Notes: generated by a model not told the origin, from the letters alone. A DNA stretch of 64,000 nucleotides from Candidatus Nomurabacteria bacterium (GCA_023898585.1 CP060229.1:247707-311706); one strand, 5' to 3'; positions 8,805-19,702 are shown, counted from the stretch's first letter. Numbers and translations are program-made.

Positions 8805-10496
8805 TTATAGAACATCAACCAGCCTGATTCTCAACTGTCTTCGGCCCATGAAAAAAGACTCTTCTACATGCCCGATTGGTGTGCACAAAGCGCCAACTTC
8901 GGGAGTTTTGGTAAACTCGGTCGGAGTTTGAAAAAAGGCAATCGCTTCAATTTTTCCTTTTTCAGTCTGAAAAATCAGTTTGGTGTGTTCTTTGGCTTTA
9001 CCAAACAATTCAACCGACTGAGGTGAAACATTTTTAAAAGCAAAAATCGGTTTGTGATTGTCAGTGCCAAACGGCGCTAAAATATCCAACTGTCTGACCA
9101 AAAACTGATCAACTTCGTCAAGAGAAATTTCCGCGTCAACCAAAACTTCACTGTCTACCGTCGCCTCGTCGCTGAGCGTCTCCATGGCAGACACTAGCCT
9201 CTCACCAAAGGTAAAAATATGCTCGTCTTTAACGGAAAAACCGCCGGCGACATGATGCCCGCCCATTTCAATAAACACTTCCGAAACAGCCTGCATCAAC
9301 AGCACAACACTAACACCTCCTCCGGAACGACACGACCCTTTATAAACTCCGTTTCCATCAGCTCCCCAAATAAAAGTCGGGCGACCGTGCTCTTCGGCCA
9401 GTTTCCCCGCCACCAAACCAACGAGTGACGGTCGCCATTTTGGATTACCCATAACCAAAACCGAAGGGATTTCTTCCAAATCCTTGATTCGTTTATGAAT
9501 ATCTTTGGTGATAAGCGCCACTTTGGTTTTACGCTCGATATTTAATTTTTCCAGATGTTCGACTCTTTCTCCGGCCTTAGCCAGATCTGTCTCTGCCAAC
9601 ATGAAGAAGGCGTCTTCGGGATTATCCATTCTTGAAGCAGCATTGATGCGCGGACCGATGGTAAAACCAATGTCATCTTCTGTAAGGTAACTTTGATTGA
9701 CTTTAGTTTTTCTGAGCAGTTGTTGTAGGCCGGGGCGACGAGATTTACGCAACACTTTGAGACCAAAGTGAGCCAAAACGCGATTTTCACCAACTAACGG
9801 CACCATGTCGGCTATGGTAGCGAGACCTACCATATCAAGCCACCACTTTTCGTAGCCGGGTGTAATTCCGTAATCATTTCGATTCAGCATGGCCTTGATA
9901 AGCTTAAAAACAACCGCGGCACCGCACAAATCTTTGAAAGGATAATCGCCAAGCTTCGGATTCACCACTGCCACTGCTTCCGGTAAGACTGCTCCCGGTT
10001 CGTGATGATCGGTAATGATAATGTCAATGCCCTGTTTTTTGGCGTAAGCTACTTCAGTCACACTCGAAGTACCACAGTCGATTGTAATTACTACTCCGAC
10101 ATTATCATTTTTAAGTTTATCAATCGCGTCATTACTCAAGCCAAAACCTTCATAGTGACGGTGGGGGATATAATTTTGAAAATTACTGTAGCCGATGGCT
10201 TTAAAAAAATCGTGGAGAATCACTGCCCCGGGAATACCATCGCAATCGTAATCACTGAAAATAGCAATCCGCTCCCCTCTTTCCATGGCCGACTCAAGAC
10301 GAAGACAAGCCGATTCCATGTCATTGAGAAGCTCCGGTCTATGAAGATGATTGTCATAATCGGGCGTTAGAAACTCTTTCGCTACCGATTCTTCGGTGAT
10401 GCCACGTAATTTCAAAAGCCGATTCACCAAGGGTGATGCTAGTTCGGTTATCTCCGGAAAAGACTCGTCTTTAGGCGAAAATTTGTACAATGCCAT
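8805..10496 (-). CDS. recJ: Single-stranded-DNA-specific exonuclease RecJ
   Basis: DHH motifs (SDYDCDGI, ITDHH) and a DHHA1 region. 563 aa. Confidence 0.9.
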   Translation of the reverse strand: MALYKFSPKDESFPEITELASPLVNRLLKLRGITEESVAKEFLTPDYDNHLHRPELLNDMESACLRLESAMERGERIAIFSDYDCDGIPGAVILHDFFKAIGYSNFQNYIPHRHYEGFGLSNDAIDKLKNDNVGVVITIDCGTSSVTEVAYAKKQGIDIIITDHHEPGAVLPEAVAVVNPKLGDYPFKDLCGAAVVFKLIKAMLNRNDYGITPGYEKWWLDMVGLATIADMVPLVGENRVLAHFGLKVLRKSRRPGLQQLLRKTKVNQSYLTEDDIGFTIGPRINAASRMDNPEDAFFMLAETDLAKAGERVEHLEKLNIERKTKVALITKDIHKRIKDLEEIPSVLVMGNPKWRPSLVGLVAGKLAEEHGRPTFIWGADGNGVYKGSCRSGGGVSVVLLMQAVSEVFIEMGGHHVAGGFSVKDEHIFTFGERLVSAMETLSDEATVDSEVLVDAEISLDEVDQFLVRQLDILAPFGTDNHKPIFAFKNVSPQSVELFGKAKEHTKLIFQTEKGKIEAIAFFQTPTEFTKTPEVGALCTPIGHVEESFFMGRRQLRIRLVDVL

Positions 10497-10528
10497 AATC
10501 AGTTTTCGTATGGTAACATTCTTAACGT

Positions 10529-10930
10529 ATGGCTACTATTTTTTCTAAAATCATTGCCCGAGAAATTCCGGCGCAATTCGTCTTTGAAGATGAAGTTTGT
10601 GTGGTGATAATGGATAAGTTTCCGGCTATCAGAGGACAATTATTGGTCATTCCAAAAATTGAAGTTGATTATATTTTTGATTTACCGGAAGATGTTTATT
10701 TACACCTGTTCAAAATCGCCAAAAAGGTGGCCGTCGCAGCTGATAAGGCTTTCGAAACTTTTCGTACTTGCATCATAGTAGAAGGATTCGAAGTCCCGCA
10801 CGTTCATGTGAAAGTCTATCCCATGATGGCTAAAGAACACCTGGGTGTGGCAATTTCCCAAAAACCAAACGAGGCCTCCGACGTAGAACTTTTGCAACAA
10901 GCGGGGCAGATCAGGGCGAAATTACAATAA
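10529..10930 (+). CDS. HIT-family (histidine triad) nucleotide hydrolase
   Basis: EVPHVHVKVYP contains the histidine triad. 133 aa. Confidence 0.85.
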   Translation: MATIFSKIIAREIPAQFVFEDEVCVVIMDKFPAIRGQLLVIPKIEVDYIFDLPEDVYLHLFKIAKKVAVAADKAFETFRTCIIVEGFEVPHVHVKVYPMMAKEHLGVAISQKPNEASDVELLQQAGQIRAKLQ

Positions 10931-12034
10931 GTCTATAACCGAGGTTGAACCCCGCTCCAGAAAAGTCAGCGTGGAGCCTCCACCAATTGAGACAAAACCA
11001 AACGAATCATTGAGATTCAATTTTTCAATAGCCGCCACCGTATCACCACCACCGACCACGGAAAAAGCCTTGGCGGTGGCTATATGTCTCGCGGTTTGTT
11101 CTGTGCTCTTTACATAACCCTCTTCATAGGCTCCGAACGGTCCGTTCCATAGTACAGCTGAGGCTTCTTCAATGTATGAAGCCAACATGTCTATAGTCTT
11201 CGGACCACAGTCCATAATTCTTTCTTCGCTTGAAACCTGATTGGTTTCTTTTATCAACTTACCGTGAGGCCCATCAACAATCACATCAATCGGCAACAAT
11301 AACTTTTCGTTATTCAAAATTGGTGAATCTTTGAGTGAAATATCAGAGACTAACGACTTACCCACTTCCAGACCTCTAGCTTTAAAAATGTCATTAGCTA
11401 AGGCGCCTCCGATAAAGACATGTTCGTAGAGATTAAGATATTTCTCCGCCAGCGGTATTTTGGTTTCAAATTTCGCCCCGCCCAAAAGGAAGAGGGCAGG
11501 ATGTTTGGGGTGCAGTGCTTTGGAAAGCTCGGTAACTTCTTCTAACAAGGTCAATCCGGCGTAGGCCGGGAGTATTTTTGCCACCCCAAAAGTGGAGGCG
11601 TGTTCTCGATGCGCTTCTGCGAAGGCGTCATTGACATAGATTTCTCCCAAACCTGCCAACAACCCAACAAAACCGAAATCGTTGTTTTCTTCCCTCTCAT
11701 CTTGCCTCAGGTTCTCGGCCAGCAAAATGTCGCCTTCGGCCAGCAGTTTTCTTCTTTCTGCAAAGTTAATACTGTCCACTCTTCCACCCCAGTCGACTGG
11801 TAAGTGTTTTGTTAGTTCTTCATAAACCGGTTGCAGGGTTTCTGTCCGCTCTCGACCAATGTGAGAAATAATAATAACCTTTGCTCCCCGCTCACTAAGA
11901 TAGCGCATGGTTGGCAGAGCCCGCTGGAGTCGAAATTTGTTTCTAACCATTCCATTGTCGAGCGGGATGTTTAGGGATGACCTTAATAAAACAAACTTAC
12001 CACGCAGATCGGTTAATTCGGTGACTTTCTTCAT
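10922..12034 (-). CDS. pgk: Phosphoglycerate kinase
   Basis: 370 aa with N- and C-domain PGK motifs (KFVLLRSSLNIPL, GGGDTVAA). Overlaps tpiA by 4 nt. Confidence 0.92.
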   Translation of the reverse strand: MKKVTELTDLRGKFVLLRSSLNIPLDNGMVRNKFRLQRALPTMRYLSERGAKVIIISHIGRERTETLQPVYEELTKHLPVDWGGRVDSINFAERRKLLAEGDILLAENLRQDEREENNDFGFVGLLAGLGEIYVNDAFAEAHREHASTFGVAKILPAYAGLTLLEEVTELSKALHPKHPALFLLGGAKFETKIPLAEKYLNLYEHVFIGGALANDIFKARGLEVGKSLVSDISLKDSPILNNEKLLLPIDVIVDGPHGKLIKETNQVSSEERIMDCGPKTIDMLASYIEEASAVLWNGPFGAYEEGYVKSTEQTARHIATAKAFSVVGGGDTVAAIEKLNLNDSFGFVSIGGGSTLTFLERGSTSVIDLL

Positions 12035-12795
12035 GATTGGACGACCGCTTTAACGATGTCAGAAAAGTCTTCCGCCTTCAGACTGGATCCGCCGACCAAA
12101 AATCCGTTCATGTCACCCTCTTTGTGTAATTCAGTAGCGTTTTGTGGGGTAACCGAACCACCGTACAACAGACGCACGCTTTTGGCGGTTGGTCGATCAT
12201 AGATTCTGGTTAAGACACTGACAATAAAAATCTGCATTTCCTTGACATCCTCCGCTGTTGCGGTGTTGCCGGTTCCGATCGCCCAAATTGGCTCATAGGC
12301 GAGCACGACTTTTTTCATTTCTGCAACAGAAAGAACTTCGGCCAGATTCCGAATCTGATCTTCGATAAAAGTAAAGAAATTTCCCTGATCGTCTCGCTCG
12401 CGCTCCCCCACACAGACGATCGGCACCAACCGATGTTTGAGAACGGTTAACACTTTTTGACGCACATCTTCATTACTCTCTCCCATCGCTCGCCTTTCCG
12501 AGTGACCGATTATCACGTATTCAACTTCGAGATCTTTCAGTTGCAGAACGGAAACCTCGCCCGTGTAGGCGCCGATATTCTTAAAATACACGTCTTGAGA
12601 GGCTAATTGGACAGAGCTCTTGGCTATTTTCTTTCCCACCTCCGCTAAGTACGGAAAGGGTGGAGCGACGGCAACGTAAGGTTCTGAAATGGATTTTTGT
12701 TTTCTGGCAATGGCTTTGGCAAGATCTGAAGCATCAGACAAGGTAACCGGATTTAATTTCCAATTACCGACTATCAACGGTACGGTTTTTTTCAT
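12031..12795 (-). CDS. tpiA: Triosephosphate isomerase
   Basis: VGNWKLN, IIGHSERR and AYEPIWAIGTG motifs. Confidence 0.95.
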   Translation of the reverse strand: MKKTVPLIVGNWKLNPVTLSDASDLAKAIARKQKSISEPYVAVAPPFPYLAEVGKKIAKSSVQLASQDVYFKNIGAYTGEVSVLQLKDLEVEYVIIGHSERRAMGESNEDVRQKVLTVLKHRLVPIVCVGERERDDQGNFFTFIEDQIRNLAEVLSVAEMKKVVLAYEPIWAIGTGNTATAEDVKEMQIFIVSVLTRIYDRPTAKSVRLLYGGSVTPQNATELHKEGDMNGFLVGGSSLKAEDFSDIVKAVVQS

Positions 12796-12828
12796 ATGAC
12801 ACGAATTGTATCATGGGAGCAATAAAAA

Positions 12829-12868
12829 CGGTGTGGCCCGAGGGCCACACCGTTTTTATTGCTCCTCC
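12829..12868 (-). terminator. Terminator between the pilus block and tpiA
   Basis: AAAAACGGTGTGGCCC-gag-GGCCACACCGTTTTTATTG. Confidence 0.6.
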
Positions 12869-12888
12869 CGCAAGTCGGTGAGGCCGAA

Positions 12889-14337
12889 TTACCCATCCTT
12901 TCGCCAATCGTCAAAAATATACACTGAGGATGTTTTGGGAGTAAGAGGAGGAGGGTCATCGACTTGATCCTGATCAAAGGATGTTATTCTGTTTTCAAAA
13001 CCGGAATAAAAAGATGGTGGCCCTGGACAAACACTACTACCGCCCCATTTTGTACCAACCCTCCCGTTAGACACAACACTACCATATCTGGTTAAAGTAC
13101 CTCGACAGACATATGGATCGAGCGATGATGGCAGTCCGTAAAAACCAGATCTAACATAGTGATTCCTTCCATAATGACCAGTCTGAGCTATAAAAATGCC
13201 GTTGGCTTGTAAATTATAAGGGACTTTCAGGCCAATTAGAACATCGTGGTTGGCAATTGCCAGTAATCCGGCATCCGTCCCGGAAACATAATCTATATTG
13301 TCACTAATGATAATATCTTCTTCCGAAGCCAAGGAAACCTTCTGTGAAACATCCCCTTCCAGCCAAATTTTGTCAGCAAAGTAAAGTAATGGGCAATTAC
13401 TATCGATAGTTTTAGTCGCAACTGATGAAGTGGAACTAATAACATTTCTTACTTGGTTCCAGCCATCAGCCGAACTATATTCCCAATGCTGAATGGTGCC
13501 GGTTACTCTATTTATCTTAACGGTATCATCGCCGTTAAAAACTACCTGGTATCCGTAATTGGAACCCCCTGATGGTCCGTAATATATACCACCGTGGTTT
13601 TCAGCTCGGTCTTTCATCGCAACCAAATCAATTGTAAAGTTTGCAAAATTAACGGGAGTGATAGGGAAAGAGAATAAACCGGGCGTGGCATGACCGCTCG
13701 TTGTATAGACACCATCAACATCGTACTTCGTCGGACTACAGCCAAATGTACCTGTGCAATCCCAGGTTGGTACCCCACTCCCCACAAATGAGTTATGGTA
13801 GCCATCCATCCTTATACCTTGATTCGAATGCACCGGGCCGGTAATTACACGATCATCCCCGTACCACGATCCACCCTCAGTGATGAACGAATACTCAGCC
13901 ACCGTTGGTCGAGTATAGCGCGCACTTATAGTACTAACGGCACTTGGATCATCGTAAGTATAGCCAGTTGAAGTCACTTCAATTGAAGCAATACTACCAC
14001 AGTACGAACTGTGGGAAATATCCAGAGAGAATTCTCCGATCGCGCCCGCTTCCGGATCGTTGTAAACATGGACGTATGGCCCCGGTAGGCCGGTACCTTC
14101 AGTAACGTCATCGGGATAATGAGCCAAGTACCATTTGTAATAATTAAGTCCGGCTTCGGCAATCTCAGTTGCTCTTGCTTGTTCGTGACGAAAATTAATC
14201 ACCTGACTTTGAGTGATAACATATCCAACAAAAGAACTGATAATTACAAGAAAGACACTACCGAAAACCAAAACGAAAACTAGCAGATATCCGGCGGAGG
14301 TTTTCGTATGTGTGTGTAGGTTATACATTTGACTCAT
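12889..14337 (-). CDS. Pilus-associated hypothetical protein with an N-terminal membrane anchor (possible minor pilin or tip protein)
   Basis: N-terminal hydrophobic helix (YLLVFVLVFGSVFLVIISSF). It sits directly behind two prepilin-type genes in the pilB-pilC block. Confidence 0.5.
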   Translation of the reverse strand: MSQMYNLHTHTKTSAGYLLVFVLVFGSVFLVIISSFVGYVITQSQVINFRHEQARATEIAEAGLNYYKWYLAHYPDDVTEGTGLPGPYVHVYNDPEAGAIGEFSLDISHSSYCGSIASIEVTSTGYTYDDPSAVSTISARYTRPTVAEYSFITEGGSWYGDDRVITGPVHSNQGIRMDGYHNSFVGSGVPTWDCTGTFGCSPTKYDVDGVYTTSGHATPGLFSFPITPVNFANFTIDLVAMKDRAENHGGIYYGPSGGSNYGYQVVFNGDDTVKINRVTGTIQHWEYSSADGWNQVRNVISSTSSVATKTIDSNCPLLYFADKIWLEGDVSQKVSLASEEDIIISDNIDYVSGTDAGLLAIANHDVLIGLKVPYNLQANGIFIAQTGHYGRNHYVRSGFYGLPSSLDPYVCRGTLTRYGSVVSNGRVGTKWGGSSVCPGPPSFYSGFENRITSFDQDQVDDPPPLTPKTSSVYIFDDWRKDG

Positions 14338-14339
14338 AC

Positions 14340-14954
14340 TTATAGATTATCCTTCAAATTTCGTGGTGCAACACTCGACCTGAGCATAAACTCCCCCGGA
14401 GACTTAACAGGATCGATATTCACTATAATTTGCGCCTTTATATAGCGGAGGTCGATGATTGGCGACGTTGCTGTTAGTTGATTGCCTGCATTGTCGTAGT
14501 AAAGAAAAGTCGGAATACTCTGATTGATATTCTGCACGTACAAAGAGAGGGTTTTTTCTGAATCCGGGGTCGTAAGATTATACGTAGCGGGCGAACCACT
14601 TGGATCATAGGTGTACCTAGTAAGTGTGGTTCCAGACAGAATATATTCTATATACTCAACGGAAGAATCTTGATCTATGTCGCTGTAATATCCAAATCGA
14701 TGTTCTTCCATGACCACAACCGGGTATGTTCCATCTTCGGCTGTGGTCATTTCTTTGGTGTTACTACCCCACTCTGTCATACCTATGCGAGCATTGTTTA
14801 TTTCGCCCGCCTGTGCAACCGCGTATGAATTTGATTGATATAGGTTGAACACACTACTACTAATAGCCAACATCAAGATTGTGTAAAGACTGATCGTGAC
14901 AATCAACTCGACCAGAGTCATTCCTTTTTGTTCTATTATCACGAGACAAGTCAT
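14340..14954 (-). CDS. Type IV pilin-like / pseudopilin
   Basis: Prepilin-type N-terminal cleavage/methylation motif: leader ...EQKG | MTLVELIVTISL. Confidence 0.75.
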   Translation of the reverse strand: MTCLVIIEQKGMTLVELIVTISLYTILMLAISSSVFNLYQSNSYAVAQAGEINNARIGMTEWGSNTKEMTTAEDGTYPVVVMEEHRFGYYSDIDQDSSVEYIEYILSGTTLTRYTYDPSGSPATYNLTTPDSEKTLSLYVQNINQSIPTFLYYDNAGNQLTATSPIIDLRYIKAQIIVNIDPVKSPGEFMLRSSVAPRNLKDNL

Positions 14955-14958
14955 AATG

Positions 14959-16716
14959 TTAATTGGACAAAGAAATGTTGATTACAGAGTCCCCATCAAT
15001 CGCGACCGGATCTACCGTCTCGTTAATGTAACCGGGTGTATTCACATTAATTATATAATCGGTTTCCGCACTTAGACCACCAGTGAAAAACGCCTGTCCA
15101 CAAATGTTGGTCAAGACTGTTTCATCATATCCGGTACGGGTAAGATTAACGGGAGCTCCCGGAACTGCTCGTCCCAGATCATCCATAACCGACACGCGCA
15201 AGGTGTTAGTGTCATCAGCAACCAGCACTAATTCCAGCTCATCATCGACTCCAGCCTGATGGCTGAAAGGATGAGCGGGACAAGCCATAGCTATGTCGTA
15301 AGCCGGACTACTGAAAGTAAGTGTATATTCATCGAACTCAAGATCAGCCAGCTTAAGTTCTCCTGAAGCATTTGTCTGTAGATTGGCTTTATACTTGTAT
15401 ACTGACTTGGAATCAGCATCAGTTCCAATGATTTTATTTCCTCGAATATCAAACTGGACATTGGGAAGAGCAGTCTCTCCTTGTCGATAAAATACACTGA
15501 TCTCTTCCACTCTTGGTGTGACACTAGTGTCTGATGTTTCGATAGTGATTCCGGTATAGATTGAAGGATACGTAGACACGTCAAGCTGTGAGATGTCAAT
15601 AATCGAATCAGTGAAACCGACCGCGTTACCTGGTAACTCGCTATCAGGAATAAGTACATAAGGTCCACCAACCGGACCGGTGAAGAGTTGGACCTTGTGC
15701 GAGGTGTTGAGCGGAATCATAGTTGCCACGTGCACCGTTTGCCATTTTGAAAACGGTGTCGGTGTTATTGGACCAAGATATATATAGCCACTTGGTTCGT
15801 ACACTGATCCTATGTTTTTCAATATTAAAGCCCCGGCAGGGTTTTCTACTGAACTACTGGCAGTGAAAACCATTCCGTCAAAGTCTTCTTTAAACACTCC
15901 TTCGTTGATTGCAGAACGAGTTAATATATCGAGGTCACTTAGCTCACCGATTGTAAATGTAAGGGTCGACACATCTGCTTCCAAGACGGCAAAAGGTCCC
16001 GTGACAGGCGTCGGAATAACAACGGTTGGTTCGTAAGTCTGGTCAGTGGAATACTGATGGCCTGAGATATTGGCCGTAACAATCGCTTGGTATCCGCTAT
16101 CTTCAGGAACCGGAAATAAAGCAACTCCATTAGCGTCTGAGTAGGACGTCACGTCATACGGAAAAGTAGAACTGGAACCAATAATGCGAACAGTTGCACC
16201 TTGTAAAAATGTATTGTCGGCGTCCAGCACGTTTATCTTGGCCGTACCTCCTCCCACATTGGTTTCTATGGATCTCGGAACGATATTACTTACTATTGCT
16301 ATACTGTTAGTTTTTCCATTAAGAGTCCAGGTGTATTCCAGCTTTACTTGTTTGTAATCGGTAGTAATTCCGTTGGAGTCGGAACCTTCAAGACCATCAG
16401 CGGGATCATCAGACCATCTCATAAATACCCGCTCATTAAAATCAATCCCATTGAGTGTAACCACGCTATTTTGCGGAATAGATCCGTCGGGGAATCCGGA
16501 TACAACACCAACGTCATCATAAGGTAACGATCGTATGTATTCCATACGCTCGTTGGCAACCGATAAAGCGCTCAGTTTGGAACGAGAAACATTGATTAAA
16601 TCTAACGAATATTTAAAGGCGCCTAACAGAGCGGTAAAAATAAGAACAGACACCGCAGAAACAATAATAACTTCAACCAATGAAAATCCTGCAATTCGCT
16701 TTGATGAGTATCCCAT
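14959..16716 (-). CDS. Large pseudopilin (prepilin N-terminus, about 585 aa)
   Basis: ...RIAG | FSLVEVIIVSAV is a prepilin N-terminal motif. Start at MGYSSKR (cat 16714-16716), 4 nt after the pilC stop. Confidence 0.7.
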   Translation of the reverse strand: MGYSSKRIAGFSLVEVIIVSAVSVLIFTALLGAFKYSLDLINVSRSKLSALSVANERMEYIRSLPYDDVGVVSGFPDGSIPQNSVVTLNGIDFNERVFMRWSDDPADGLEGSDSNGITTDYKQVKLEYTWTLNGKTNSIAIVSNIVPRSIETNVGGGTAKINVLDADNTFLQGATVRIIGSSSTFPYDVTSYSDANGVALFPVPEDSGYQAIVTANISGHQYSTDQTYEPTVVIPTPVTGPFAVLEADVSTLTFTIGELSDLDILTRSAINEGVFKEDFDGMVFTASSSVENPAGALILKNIGSVYEPSGYIYLGPITPTPFSKWQTVHVATMIPLNTSHKVQLFTGPVGGPYVLIPDSELPGNAVGFTDSIIDISQLDVSTYPSIYTGITIETSDTSVTPRVEEISVFYRQGETALPNVQFDIRGNKIIGTDADSKSVYKYKANLQTNASGELKLADLEFDEYTLTFSSPAYDIAMACPAHPFSHQAGVDDELELVLVADDTNTLRVSVMDDLGRAVPGAPVNLTRTGYDETVLTNICGQAFFTGGLSAETDYIINVNTPGYINETVDPVAIDGDSVINISLSN

Positions 16717-16720
16717 AACA

Positions 16721-17950
16721 TTACTTAAGCCCATCCGAAATCGAATAAATCGGAGCGATGAGGGCCATAGCAAAGAAACCGACGCCACCTCCGATCACTA
16801 CCATCAATAAAGGTTCGATGATGGTCGAGAGGTCTTTTGTTTTTCTTTCGACTTCCGTCTCGTAAAAAATCGCCAACTCTCCCAACATACCGGAAATCTG
16901 ACCGGTCTCCTCTCCAACCAGAATCATTTCTCCAACCAAAATCGGATAGAGGTCTTTTCGTTCGATAAAAGTTTCGGAAAGAGCGGTTCCTTTCTCCACC
17001 CTTCTCGCCGCTTCGCCCAAAATATCTTTGTAAAAAACATTCTGGATCACTTCCTCGGTGATTTTGATTGACTGAATAACGTCGACACCGGAATCCAGAA
17101 GTGAAGAAAGGGTGCGGGCGGTGCGGGCGGAATTAGTTTCTTTGGCTAAAGTTCCGATAACCGGCAAGCGAACGATGAGCCATGAAGTCGCGATCTTGCC
17201 CCACTTGGTCTTAAGGCTGTACATGAATCCTGCCACCACTCCGATCATTCCCAGTATCACGACCAACGTGTGTGCTACCATGAAGTTACTGGCGTTGATA
17301 AGAAATGTGGTGGTGGCCGGCAATTCCTGATCCATGTTTTCAAAAATTCCGGTTATCGAGGGCATGACGTAGATCATCATCAAAATAGCGATGATGACCA
17401 TAATCACTATCACAATAGACGGGTAGATCATCGCTCCTTTTACTTTTTTAGCTAGGTTGTTGGAACGCTCCATCTGAATAGCCAAAGTTTGCAGAGACTC
17501 AGACAACTTACCACTCTCTTCCCCGGCACGCACCATGGCTATATACAAATCACTAAAAACCTCCGGAAACTCTTTCAAGGAATCGAAAAAAGATTCACCT
17601 TGGTTTATTTTCTCGACCAATCTTTTCATCACTCCCTTCAAGCGCGGATTGGTACTCTGACGCTCTATCACTGAAAGAGCGCGGGTGACTGTGAGACCGG
17701 CCTTAAGCATCGAACCGAGATTGCGCGTCACCATGATAAGTTCGTCCGCCTTCACCCGGCTCAATATGTAGTTTAGTTTTTCGATATTGAGAAATTTCTC
17801 AATACCGAATTTTGACGCCTCTTTAATGGAAGACACGGTGTGACCTTGGGTTCTCGCGATAGCATAAACCCCGAAACGATCATCAGCCTCGACGGTATTT
17901 TCTACCTTCTTACCTTCCTTATCTTCGCCGGAATACGTATAAGTGGTCAT
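16721..17950 (-). CDS. pilC: Type IV pilus assembly platform protein PilC (GspF family)
   Basis: 409 aa with a tandem GspF domain architecture and three TM segments. Adjacent to pilB. Confidence 0.88.
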   Translation of the reverse strand: MTTYTYSGEDKEGKKVENTVEADDRFGVYAIARTQGHTVSSIKEASKFGIEKFLNIEKLNYILSRVKADELIMVTRNLGSMLKAGLTVTRALSVIERQSTNPRLKGVMKRLVEKINQGESFFDSLKEFPEVFSDLYIAMVRAGEESGKLSESLQTLAIQMERSNNLAKKVKGAMIYPSIVIVIMVIIAILMMIYVMPSITGIFENMDQELPATTTFLINASNFMVAHTLVVILGMIGVVAGFMYSLKTKWGKIATSWLIVRLPVIGTLAKETNSARTARTLSSLLDSGVDVIQSIKITEEVIQNVFYKDILGEAARRVEKGTALSETFIERKDLYPILVGEMILVGEETGQISGMLGELAIFYETEVERKTKDLSTIIEPLLMVVIGGGVGFFAMALIAPIYSISDGLK

Positions 17951-17953
17951 GTT

Positions 17954-19702
17954 TTATTCGTTAATAACTCGTAAAACTTCCTCCACACTCGTCAAACCCT
18001 GAGCCGCTTTGAAAATACCATCTTCCATCATTGTTAACATACCCTCCTTTCTGGCCTGAGCTTCGATTTCATCCCCTGTCTTGTCGTCCATCACCATGTC
18101 TTTAAGAGTCGGTGACATCTCCAGTACTTCATGAATTCCCATTCTGCCCTTGTAGCCGTCCTCTGATTCACCCTTTTCTTTTGGATGATAGAAGGATATA
18201 TCGTTCCAAGTAGCATCTTCCTTCACAATCGACTCTTCTTTCAAGCACTTAAGCACATGATCCAAATCAACTTTTTCTCCCAGTTCTTCTCTTTCCGCTT
18301 TAGTCATTATGTAAGGTAGTTTGTCATCAGACAGTTTGCGAACGAGACGTTGTCCAACAGCAACCCGTAGAGTAGAGACCAACAAAAATGACTCGGCTCC
18401 CATGTCAACCAAACGTGCGATTGTACCGGCCGCTGAGTTGGTGTGGATGGTGGCAAGAACCAAGTGACCGGTAAGAGCGGCGTTTATCGCCAAACTGGCG
18501 GTTTCTTCGTCTCGAATCTCACCAACCATAATGATGTCCGGGTCTTGACGCATAAGCGAACGCAGGCCGGACGCAAAAGTAAAGCCGATGTCAGGCTTCA
18601 CCTGTGATTGATTGACTCTCGGCATTTGGTACTCAATCGGGTCTTCAATGGTGGAAATATTAACTTCCGGAGTGTTCAGAATATCAAGAATGGTATAGAG
18701 AGTGGTCGATTTACCAGACCCGGTTGGACCGGTGACCAAGATGATACCGGTTGTGGCGCGCGTAGCGCGGTGAACCCGATCAAGCGTACTACCATGAAAA
18801 CCTATACCCTCAAGCGAAAAACCGCTTCGATTTTCCCGCAAAAGACGCATAACAACCTTCTCACCGAAAAATATCGGCAATATCGAAACTCGAAAAGCGA
18901 CTTTTTGACCATCCATCTCCATCTTGAAACGGCCGTCTTGGGGCAATCTTTTTTGGTCGAGTTTCAAACTTGAAAGGACCTTGAGTCTAGCGACAATACT
19001 ATCGGACGCTATTTTAGGCAGTTTCATAGCATCGTTTAGAATACCGTCGATTCGGTAACGCACCAGAACTTCGCTTTCCATCGGTTCAATATGAATGTCA
19101 GACGCACCTTGGATAATGGCGTGCCGAAGTAACGTGTCGACTATTCTGACAACCGGCAAGTCTTCGGCCATCTGCTTGAGTTGTTTTTCGCTTACTTCAT
19201 CACCTTCTTCGGACAGTACTTTCAATTCTGAGGCATCCTTCATAATAAGATCGCCGAACTCGTCTTTCAGAGTCTTTTGGTATTGACGAAGAGCAAAACG
19301 CATTGATTCGGTATCGGTCAACCTCGGCTGTATCTTCAATCCCACCTTTTTTCTAATGAAGTCAATGGCTGGTAAATCGGCCGTGTCCAACATCGCCACT
19401 TCGAGGGTATCTTCGCTCTTTTTGTAAGCAATAATATTGTGAGTTCTGGCCACCGGTTCGGGAATGAGGGTTAAAATTTCAAAATCAATCTTCAAATCCT
19501 TCAGCGCCACAAACGGTATACCAAGCACGTAAGACTCAACTCGTCTCATGTCATCTTCCGTCATGTGACCATGCGCGATTAAAGCCTCGCTCAAGGTTCT
19601 GTTTTCTTCTTTGGCAATTTTTTCAACCGTAGAAATATCCGACTTGGTAATCAAACCCGCATCCAAAATGAATCGTTTCAGTTGTTCGTCTTGAATTCGC
19701 AT
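17954..19702 (-). CDS. pilB: Type IV pilus assembly ATPase PilB (GspE family)
   Basis: N-terminal GSPII-E domain, Walker A (GPTGSGKST) and Asp/His boxes. Confidence 0.9.
   Translation of the reverse strand: MRIQDEQLKRFILDAGLITKSDISTVEKIAKEENRTLSEALIAHGHMTEDDMRRVESYVLGIPFVALKDLKIDFEILTLIPEPVARTHNIIAYKKSEDTLEVAMLDTADLPAIDFIRKKVGLKIQPRLTDTESMRFALRQYQKTLKDEFGDLIMKDASELKVLSEEGDEVSEKQLKQMAEDLPVVRIVDTLLRHAIIQGASDIHIEPMESEVLVRYRIDGILNDAMKLPKIASDSIVARLKVLSSLKLDQKRLPQDGRFKMEMDGQKVAFRVSILPIFFGEKVVMRLLRENRSGFSLEGIGFHGSTLDRVHRATRATTGIILVTGPTGSGKSTTLYTILDILNTPEVNISTIEDPIEYQMPRVNQSQVKPDIGFTFASGLRSLMRQDPDIIMVGEIRDEETASLAINAALTGHLVLATIHTNSAAGTIARLVDMGAESFLLVSTLRVAVGQRLVRKLSDDKLPYIMTKAEREELGEKVDLDHVLKCLKEESIVKEDATWNDISFYHPKEKGESEDGYKGRMGIHEVLEMSPTLKDMVMDDKTGDEIEAQARKEGMLTMMEDGIFKAAQGLTSVEEVLRVINE

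Noticed and set aside
12792-12977. 61-aa ORF bridging tpiA and the pilus block
   Set aside because: It overlaps the tpiA start region and a terminator hairpin. There is no supporting signal.
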